Part shown: one piece after another, positions 40,446 through 50,089 of the stretch
Layout: each line of letters begins with the position of its first letter
Position numbering within the stretch: the stretch's first letter is position 1
Source of the DNA: Takakia lepidozioides
Taxonomy: Eukaryota > Plantae > Bryophyta
Length of the DNA stretch: 64,000 bases
Reading direction: 5' to 3'
NCBI GenBank assembly: GCA_030704615.1
Contig: CM060731.1
Span: 3,348,001-3,412,000, forward strand
Made by a program: the position numbers and the translations under genes
Notes under the pieces: generated by a model
What the model was told of the DNA's origin: nothing
Seen by the model: only the letters and a program-made list of their open reading frames with translations
The model's database searches: none

Positions 40446-42387
40446 ACATAATTCGCTTACCACATCTGGTACAGTAGATAGAGCAAGTTCATGCAGGGAG
40501 TCACCGCCGAATTACTTAAAATCTCCTCGTAGCATTGCCGTAAAATCTAGAAATTTCCTTAGGAGTGTTTTGTTGTAAAGAAAATAAATATTCGGCACTT
40601 CACTACCGGATCAGCCTGCCAAGTACGGTAGTCCTTGTTTTTGCCCATAATACGGGTATTGGATGGGTATTGCCAGCCGGTCCGGTTATTAACCCTAGTA
40701 TTGGAACTGCAAATGCCAGCCGGGTCGATTATTAACCATAGTATTACAATAGCCAATACCGGGTAGGTTATTCACACTACAAGATATGAGCGTTTTAGGA
40801 CTACGACTTTGGCGGAGTCATAAAAACTGCACTAGGTAAACGACTACAGAGCGTTGAAATGCGTTGCAGTCATAGTTTTATGACTCTATAGTAATGGATA
40901 TCACTACATAACTTTTTTTTTTAAAAAAAAAAATTGCTAATAAGGTTGTAATCGTGAATAGAGAAGAGGGCTGGGACTTCGCGTTTTTTTGTCTCCTGCG
41001 CCACAGCACGTAGCCGAGGGATGGAACGCGATGATAGCAGGATATGCAGGGGCGTGGGATGGAGGCGTTGAGCAAATGATGCAAGAAAGAAAAGAGGAGG
41101 AGGAGACGAGACGAGACGAGACGAGGAGAAGCGAGCTCGCCGTTCTTGGGAGAGTCAGCTTGGTCTTAGCAGGCATGTTTCAATCTCTGCCTACTCAGCT
41201 GCACCATAGTGGTTTGATCTCACATACCAACAGACACAAGCAGCACACACAAGAGGTCATTTTGGGTTGATGGTCGGTCAAATCCTCTATTGGTCAGGAC
41301 ACGAGGTCAAGGACAATGTGGTGAGGGCACCTTCTTCTTCAACCTATTTTAGCCTGTGTTGCCCTCTCATCGGACTCGGCCGCAAGATGCATATTGAATT
41401 CTATAAGTTAGGTCGTTGGGTAGATCTGTGGTGGTTTGGAGTGACTTTGGCAAGTTACTGCCAGTGTGGCAGCAAGGAAGTATCTAAAAACATATAACAG
41501 AGGTGAGGAGAAGCTTTGGGGTGAACACTTTCCGACCCCAGTCAATGGTGGGACAATGGAGACAAAAAGGTGAATGCCTGTTGGATTACAGAGAGAAGCA
41601 GATGCATTTTAGATTGTGATAAGTAGGGTTGGGGTGTTTTGGGAAAGAACTCCACACCAGTATGGTTACAGGGATGCCTCGGCGTGAGCCTAGTCACGTG
41701 AGCGCGTGAGCGCAACTGCGCTCACGCCACGTCACCTTGCGCAAATGCCACGTCACGTTGCGCAAATGCCACGTCACGGGGCTCACTCCACGTCATCACA
41801 CGTGAAGGCCGCGTCACCACGCGCCCAGAAAGAAGTGGAGTGTATTCCCGCGGATTGGCACCCTTTACCGCGGAAACAAGCTGGACGACATAATAAAAGG
41901 CATTGAATAAAGGATGGATGAATGTACAGTTGGATGATAAACAGATGGATGAGTGTGAAAAATAAATGTAGATGGATGAATGAGGGATGGATAAGAGTAA
42001 AATGGATGAATGTATAATGGATGTTGAGCAATGACAAAAATTCATGACAGGAAGATGCATGACCAAAACTTTTGACAAATGCACAACGTATATGAAATGA
42101 GTGTGGAAGGTTTGTGGGGTGGATTAAAGAGTACAGAGGATGAATGTACAATGGATGTTGAACAAAGGAAAAAATTCATGAATGGAGCACGCATGAATAC
42201 ACTGTAGATGAATGCACAATGGATATGAGAAGAGTCAGGGAGGTTTGTGAGATGGATTCATACATATTGCAATTTAAATGAAAGTTGATTATGTGATTAT
42301 TATTTGTTCTAAAGGAACAACTACGGTGGAGGAAGGGGATTCAACGTTTTCCAGATAGTATGAAAATGAATATTAAAAGAATACAGT

Positions 42388-45300
42388 TCAGTCTGACTCA
42401 GAGTCAGTACAATGTATCCCCGCTTCCTCTGCATCTAAGTCTATGTATTTTAGAACACCGGATCCACGCTGGATACACCTACGGCTGGCCACTAAAAGTC
42501 AGGGGATAGGGACTCGGCCGCGTGAAGTGCTATTGCTTCGGCATAAACAGGAAGCAGAAAATTGGAAAGGGGGTTGTTGAAAACAGACTCGCCAGAAATG
42601 ACTGTATCTCCTGAAGATCCACCGCTGCCTTTCCTGAAAGACAGCCTGAAAAAGTTATTACTGTAACTTTGATGTTATTGAGAAATTGAGTATGACTCCC
42701 AAAGAGGGTTTAGCACTTACTCACATGAAAAGTCGTTGTCGACCTGCTTATCTTCGGGATCGTCATCATTTCGAATTTGAATCCGATCAGTCTATGTGCC
42801 TGAAGTGGAGCCAGACAAAAGGGGGAGGAGCACTGTGTTGTAGAGGTCAGAATCACCCTCCATGCCAAAAAGGCTTCTTCCGCCTGTCTTGCATGCATGG
42901 TAAGTTGCTCCTGCACCACACAGGAGGACATGAACAGTTTGGTGGGGGGGATTTAAGCAGATGAAACTGTTGAAAGAAAACCAATTCGGAAGGGAAAGAA
43001 CGAACCTGTGGATACAGAAAGATCGACCACCCGTGCAGAGCGGTGGCTGCATGATTCCAGCAGTATTTGCATGAACGCTGGGGACTTTTCCTTTGCACCT
43101 CTCCAGGGAGTGCCATCTGGTCTCTTCAGAGTCTGACTGGACTGCATGAAGTTGTACAAAATGTCATCGACATGGGGCTCATAGGGGGGGTTGACGAAAC
43201 AACCCTGGTCAAAAATCTCAAAGCTGCGGATGGAGGATGGTGTCTTTGAGGTGCGAATCCTCCGCAGGCAGATCGCCTCGAACATCCTCGTCTGCCAAAG
43301 ATAGCAGGTTAGTGTGGTAAACACAATGTATAGTAGAACTATGTACATCGGCTATTCAGAACTCAGACACAAAAAAATCATTTTTATCACGAATCGGTGA
43401 TGATCGTTGTCGATCATAACAGATTCTACTAGAGTGGAGCTGCAGAGAACATTGAAACTCATCATGAAAGCACAAGCAGAAGGGAGACGACATACCAGCT
43501 GACCAGGGAAACCCCCTTTCACAAGGTAGAGGCTGTTCACATAATTCCATGTGCGCAAAACTTCAAACCTTGAAGACTTGAGGTATGATGCCAATGCCCG
43601 ATGACTATCATTGTCACATGACTGAAAAAGCAAAAGTGTCCCTGCATCAGAGAGGAAGTTATTACAGAACCCGAATACCCAACTCTAGTAGTTGTCCTCG
43701 AATTTGTTCCAGCCTGGCGTCTTGCCCTTTGGAAGAACTTCTGGCACAGCCTGGCCATCCGGAATGTCGAGAATGACAATGTCGGCCACATAAGTTTTCT
43801 GCACACCGCACACGAAGGTGGGACCTGTGCTCACCTGCAACATACATGTTTTTTATAAGAACGAAAGCAAGAATGTTTTCAAAGAACGAGACTGAAATAC
43901 TGCCAACGAAACTTTCAGAGAAAAAGGAAAGAAACTGGAATTCTCACCAGATTGAGGAATGAGATTATATTGTCCCAGGTAGGCGATGGCACCCCAGTGT
44001 ATCCTCTCTTTCGACTCTGCATCATTGACAGCCAACCCTCATTAACAATTTTCATCTCTCCTGCCGAATCAGAACGGGAAGGGTGTGGCTTGGCATCGAA
44101 CACGCACTGAACAGTGCGGGTATATCTTCCAGTAGTAAAGTCCTGCGCACTCTCCATCTCCTTTTCTTTCTCATTCCCCTTGTCTTTTTCCTTCTCTTTG
44201 GACTTGTCTTTGTCATTTGGCTTTGCTGGTGAGATGGCTATGACATCAACAGCCTTGTCTTTTGGTTTGCGGCCCGCCTTCTTTCCCTTCTGCGGCGTTC
44301 CCTGAGCATCAGGCTCCTTGGCAGCCAATGTTGCTATGTTTCGTTGGTACTCTTCGTCAATCAAAGGCGCCAGCATCTCAGCGTTATTGTTCAAGTATTT
44401 CATATGTTATTCTTGAAAGATCGTGTGCTCCGGTGGGCAGTCAAGGTACCACCCACAGTCTCTGAAGTGAGAAGGACTCCAGTCGTTCAATATCCCTGCA
44501 GTATACATGGTTGGATCGTTTGCAGGGTCCGACCACATGTCAAGATAGTCTGGAATTCCGCTCAGGTGATTTCCTTCCATAAGCACATATTTCGTGTACC
44601 TGAAAAAAGGAGATAAATCCCAACCCACAAAAGCGCTCAGTGAGTAAGATGCAAGTAGAACAGAATGAAAAAAACATAGATTGAAATGGCTCTGAGAACT
44701 GCTCCAAGGACCTTTCAGGACCACACGAATGCTCCAGATGTGAATGTCGTCAACGCCATTCAAAACATTCCATTCAATGATACTGTAAATACACCCTAAT
44801 CCAGGTGAATGCAAACTATCGTTTTGGAATGACACAGACATAGAAGTGAATGTCGTCAACGACATTCACTAATCAATCCTAATTATTCCTCAAATGAAGC
44901 AAAATCACAGGATGGAAATCATAAACTCGAGTAAGGAACCCTCCAGGAAAACTCAATGCACATTCATAACGAACATATCACTGAGGACCTCACAACAACA
45001 CTGTATGTGAATGGCGTCAACGCCATTCACAAAAATACCAACAAGGAACCAATTACTTAGCTCCCAATCCATGTAAATTCAAATTGTCGCTGTTGAATAA
45101 TACAGACACAGAAGTGAATGTCGTCAACGACATTCACTTTGGATTTCTCATAACAGAGCTTATCAAGCCTCCAGATTCCTCGCAAGAGGCAAAAACAATG
45201 CAGAACAACTGAATGTCTGCATTGACATTCAGCAATATGAAGTGAGGAACCCTCACTGTAACCTCTATGGACATTACAAAAATTTACATAACTCTGAGGA

Positions 45301-45771
45301 CCTCTCAACAACTCCGGATGTGAATGTCGTCAACGCCATTCAAGGACATTATCAATTCTAATCAGGGACACTATAATTACACCCTTAGATCCTAACCAGG
45401 TGAATTCATATACTCGCTTAAGAATGACTCAGACAAAGAAGTGAATGTCGTCAACGACATTCAATCTGGATCTATGATTGCAATCCTTATGAAGCCACAT
45501 TTTTTCCCAAAAAAAACAGTAGAGTTTCAAGTATGACATTGCACCTGTACACAACTCGCATCATGGCCCACTCTCCTCCAACCTGACTGTCAAAGTCGTT
45601 GGACGGTAAAATGTTACCATCTTTGGAGAACTTCCGGAAAAAACAGTATCTCCAGGTGAGACCTCTCCACTTCCTTATGTATGCCTCCAATGACATTTGG
45701 GGAGGGGAAACAATCGAAATGTTCAGGTCCTTCAAAGTCTGATCCAGCACAATGACGACGCGCTTTTCGAG
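42388..45771 (-). pseudogene. Spliced beta-class N6-adenine/N4-cytosine DNA methyltransferase-fold gene inside the MULE (copy 2), with nonsense mutations and the 5' end missing
   Basis: Exons 45771-45583 (tentative), 44599-43948, 43834-43496, 43291-43006, 42910-~42725 and ~42645-42388. Motif IV-like ADIVILDIPDG (DIPD at 43757-43768), then FLSDAGTLLLF, then WRGAKEKSPAFMQILLESCSHRSARVVDLSVSTG|ATYHACKTGGRSLFGMEGD (motifs X, I, II). In-frame stops at 44407, 43685 and 42792. Confidence 0.8.
44740..45464. repeat. Array of six 24-bp palindromes GTGAATGTCGT-CA-ACGACATTCAC plus one variant
   Basis: Copies start at 44740, 44846, 45007, 45114, 45320 and 45441. A variant CTGAATGTC-N6-GACATTCAG is at 45209-45232. 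Confidence 0.95.
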
Positions 45772-45844
45772 CTGCAAATTGTATATTTGTCAGAATTGCA
45801 AATAAGATACTCATCACATACTTGAAGAGAAGAAAACGGCATGT

Positions 45845-48017
45845 TTGAATACACACCTGCCAGGTCAAGGTGCCATCAAAGTTTTTCTTTTCAAAATGTC
45901 GACTGTTGGGGAGGGCAGTGGGGTTAGCCTCGTGAAGCGGATGCAGAAGACTGAGGACTTGCAGAACTGTTTTCTTATGTTTGATCATGTGAAACGAGTG
46001 AAGGATTGGACAACAATGGCTTGTCATGTCTACGATCCAGTGTACCAACGAGTTATGACAATTGCAGTTTGTGACATGCAATCCAAGGATACGGAATCCC
46101 AGAAGCTCATGTGGAATTCCCTGATACGTGTCATGGGCTGCCATCTCCAAATTTCGCAGGTTTCATGGCGGATAGTGCTCAAGCAAATTTCAATGCTGTT
46201 CGTATTGTCTTCGGATCGGGCGACCCAAAAGTTCCAATGCGAGGAAGAGAGCGTACATGTCTATTCCATTGGACACAATCTCTGGAAAAACATACAAAGT
46301 CGGACATCAAACCAGAGATGCAGACTCAGCACCGTAAATTGTGCAAAGAGTACAAAGATGCTAGAACAATGAAGGAGGCGGACACTTTGTTCCAGACAAT
46401 TCGTGCCTAGTGGTTCTCTTCTGGAGCTGCATCACTTGAGAGTATGAGAGCATTGGAAGATTGGCTGGCGTTTTGGCACTTCCGGTATAGACAGTGGGGA
46501 GCAGCCATGCCATTGGTACGAGGCTTATATTTATTGTTTTTTCATACATTTGTTTTCCATTTTATTGTGTCCTCGCTTTCTTTATGTTGTTTTCTGTTCA
46601 CTGTTTTGAAGTGTGGTTCTGCACTTTGCAGAACATGTCCATTGAGGAAATGGCGGACATGCCATCTTGCAATTTGGCAGAAACTGTGCACAACGCATGA
46701 TTGCAGCAGTCTGGGAAACGAGGTCGGGATTTGTATGTGGCAACAACAGATGATTTGATATGTGCCTTGCAACAACAAACCCGATACTGTGATTTCATAC
46801 GAGGTGGGGTTGGTGGCAAGGGTCCGGACAAATGGGAGTTGATGTTGCGTGCTGCAAACAGATCTGGGGATCCAATCAAGATAGCACGGGCGGTGAGCAT
46901 GTATGCCCAGGGAACGCCATTTGTTTCTAGAGTTCCACATCTTGAAGGGGAGGAGAGATTCGGCTCCTGTAAGAGGAAATTGAACACTCCACCTGGTTCG
47001 GATTCAGATTCCCACAGGGCAGACCGTGATAACTTCTCGAAGCCTCGTGTTCCCCTGCATGATAGCTCCATGTCCGGAACCTCCATTGTGGAGGAACCTC
47101 CAACACGACGGCAAACTCCAGCATCAAACAGTGCCACTGAAATGGTGCAGGAGAGAAACAACCCCCTTGATGTGCTTGAGTCCGCATGCCCCGACCACGT
47201 TTGGCACATAGAACGCACAAGTGTAGGGTCTCATGTGAAATGTACAGCGATCAGGGCAACTAATTTCGAGAAGTGCACTTCATCTATATCCAGAGGTGGT
47301 GCCCGAACTCCTACTCCGACTTTCACGGGCTTGATGCGTCCATACGGTCAACCAGAAGCCAAGAACCACAAGTTCTGGTTCTGCGCAGATGATTGTGCCA
47401 GATGTGTGCATGGAACTGTGCGTCCTTCCGTAGTGATGAAGCCATCTCCTCCAACCGTTTGGCCCATGAAGGTGGGAACACATCTCAGCTTTCGGGAGAT
47501 TGAAATGCTGGAGGAGGCAGGTTTTTCCCTTGCGAGACAACCCCAACTCCATGCATGTGCTACTACTTCTGCGTCCTCCCGGGTCCCCCCGACAAATCTT
47601 GACTTGTGGCCAACCAAACGAGATGGAAAGCTCGTTCGGTGTTTCCCTCCAACCGCTGAACACTTTGGCAAAGTGGAGTCCGCAAGAATGCTCCAAGCTC
47701 GTGTTGGAAGCACCACGGAAGTATCTGATCCAGGATATGGTCGGGTATTCACAATCATCACTTCCACATCTGCTGTTCATGACAGGACCTACGACATCAC
47801 GGTTTCCAATTTCCCCAATTGCATATGTCCTGATTTTGTGAATATGCTATCAACCAGTTTGGGCAAGAGAGGTAAATTCATACCCTGCAAACATTTGTAT
47901 TTCATATTTTTGAAGAGGATGGTTTGCGATCCCAAACGTGACAACTTCATTCACCAGGCCACTATGAGTTTCAACGAGGTCGATACTCTTTTGCAGCGGG
48001 ATACAACACATGGGTAG
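45845..48017 (+). pseudogene. MULE DDE transposase with a C-terminal SWIM zinc finger, 5'-truncated and disabled
   Basis: Candidate catalytic residues in MFDHV (D), FMADSAQAN (D) and CNLAETVHN (E); the MULE CxxH signature RTCLFHW; SWIM CICPDF...CKH. Intron 46516-46631; frameshift ~46137; TGG-derived stops at 46388 and 46698. Confidence 0.85.
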
Positions 48018-48659
48018 CATCAACTATGCAATGTGGTATGTGGACGACCATGATTTGAAATGTGTAATTCACATCAATTCGTCGGCGGTGCAATGATATG
48101 GCCTCCAACTATACGGAGTGAGCTCTGAGTGACAACTTTTAGGTAGTGCACATTTGTCATTGCACCGTTCGAAGTCTACATGTCTTGCTGTCGCTATGCA
48201 CTACAATCATCTTTTGAAGATGATCCTAACTCTCATTGTTATTTGAGGAGGGAGGAAGGTCTTCCCGTGGCAGTCTTTATGGCGCACACTTTGTGAGGAT
48301 ATTTTTTCGTCCTCGTAATTGTAAAAGTGAAACAAGCATTTGTAATTGCACAATGTTGGATGGTGCAATTGTAGGCCTCAACGCTCGTCTTGATTATATT
48401 TAGGCAAGATTCCCTGCATTAATTCCACGGTCATAGGACCATCCACGGTTATAGGCGGCGCATATTAATGCTGACGTGGCAGATGACGGACAATGTCACA
48501 TCATCATTTACCGCCACATCAGCATGCTGACATGACGCTCACGCCACGTCAGCGTGTGTGCAGGCTCACGCCACGTCACTCCGGCGTGAGCGTACGCTCG
48601 CGCGGTCACGCCATTGCGTCGTTGGTATGGTTAGGGTGTTTGCTGGTAGAATTCTAGGT

Positions 48660-49290
48660 TGTCAGAGGCATGGATAGCTGAAGGAGCAGGGATAGAGTGT
48701 GGGTCAAGATTCATCCAAGAGGGCTGGATTTCAAGCTCCACATTACCTATGATTCCATGTGGAAGGATAGCTACAAGAAACCTACATGGGTAGATGGTCA
48801 ACTGGTAGCGGCAGCAGCAGCGGCACAATTGATAAAGTCAGGCACTTCTACTGAAGGCACCTCCTTCAACACATTTCACCTGTTTTTCCCTCTTATCAGA
48901 ATCGGCCCTAAATTTCCATGTTGAATTCTACAAGTTAGCTGGTTGAGTGAATCTAGTTTGGAGTGAGTTTGACATGATACTGCCAATGTGACAATAGGAA
49001 AGACGCAATTTAGTATAGGAACTAGTGTCATAAGCTGAGTTGGGTGTCTAGGCTGTTATTGTCAGCTGCTAGCAGCAAGACAAGGATGAATGCATGATTT
49101 GTGCAGACACATTGATAGCTGAAGGAGCAGGGATAGAGAGTGGGTACAGATTCTTCCAAGAGGGCCAGATTTCAAGCACAAGATTACCTATGATTCCCTG
49201 TGGATCAATAGCCACAAGAAACCTGCATGGGTAGATGGTCAACTAAAGGCAGTAGCTGTAGCGGCATAGTTGATAAAACCAGGCATCTCA
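48660..49290 (+). repeat. Diverged ~190-bp direct repeat pair (~48665-48845 and ~49105-49285)
   Basis: Both copies share GATAGCTGAAGGAGCAGGGATAGAG...ATTACCTATGATTCC...ATGGGTAGATGGTCAACT...TTGATAAA. Confidence 0.8.
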
Positions 49291-49349
49291 ACCGTGACCA
49301 CAACTTCTGGAAGTGGATCAAGAGAGGGAGTCCACAATGCCTCTTTTGG

Positions 49350-50089
49350 CACTTATGGGCATGTGAAAATGCTTTGTGAGGCAGGCAAACTGACAGAGGC
49401 TCTACAGACTTTAAACCAAGGAGGCATTTCAAGGTGAAAAGTCTGTCTCTTGCATAAGTGCATCAAGGTGAAAGGCCTAGAAGCTGAAAAGCAAGTGCAA
49501 ACTCACATTATCCATAGTGGATTCACACCAAATGTTTTTCTCCTCAACACCCTTGTCAACATGTATGTTAAGTGCGGGAGCATCATGGATGCTCACCAAG
49601 TGTTCAACAGAATGCCTCAACGATCTCCTGTGCAAGCCTGGCAGCTCTGGAAAAGGGCAAAGAGGTGCATGGTGCAATCGTCAGAGCTGGAATCGTACTA
49701 GATGTGATCCTGAACAATATGGCTAAACAAAATGTGGTATCGTGGAGTGCGATGCTCGAAGGGTATGCACAGCAGGGGCGCGGGATGGAGGTTTTGGACA
49801 CGTATGAGCAATGATGTGTGAAGGGATGAAGCCCGACCACATCACATTTGTGTGCATTTGCAGTGCGTGTGCAAGCCTGGCAGGCTTGGAAAAGGGCAAA
49901 GAGGTGCATGGCGACATCGTCAGAGCTGGAATCGTACCAGATGTGATCCTGAACACTGCCATGGTGGACATGTATGCCAAATGTGGGAGCATCGAGGATG
50001 CAAAGGGAGTGTTGAACAATATGGCTGAACGAAATGTGGTGTCGTGGAGTGCGATGCTCGCAGGGAATGCATCTCTCCGACAATGGTAG
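49350..50089 (+). pseudogene. PLS-class pentatricopeptide repeat (PPR) gene remnant
   Basis: GFTPNVFLLNTLVNMYVKCGSIMDAHQVF, NVVSWSAMLEGYAQQG, PDHITFVCICSACASLAGLEKGKEVH and NTAMVDMYAKCGSIEDA, broken by deletions and frameshifts. Confidence 0.9.

Larger units (their letters stand above)
41669..48624. mobile_element. Mutator-like (MULE) DNA transposon carrying a DDE-SWIM transposase and an amino-methyltransferase-like gene
   Basis: Exact 9-bp TSD GTATGGTTA at 41660-41668 and 48625-48633. Imperfect TIRs CAGGGATGCCTCGGCGTGAGC and (revcomp) CAACGACGCAATGGCGTGACC. GCCACGTCA subterminal repeats at both ends. Internal MULE transposase motifs. Confidence 0.9.

Noticed and set aside
43181-43192. NPPY as the MTase catalytic motif
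   Set aside because: It is not conserved in copy 1, and the motif order places motif IV at DIPD. Kept only as an open question.
44740-45464. CRISPR array (palindromic repeats with spacers)
   Set aside because: Spacers are long (~80-180 bp), irregular and homologous to one another; there are no cas genes; the context is eukaryotic.
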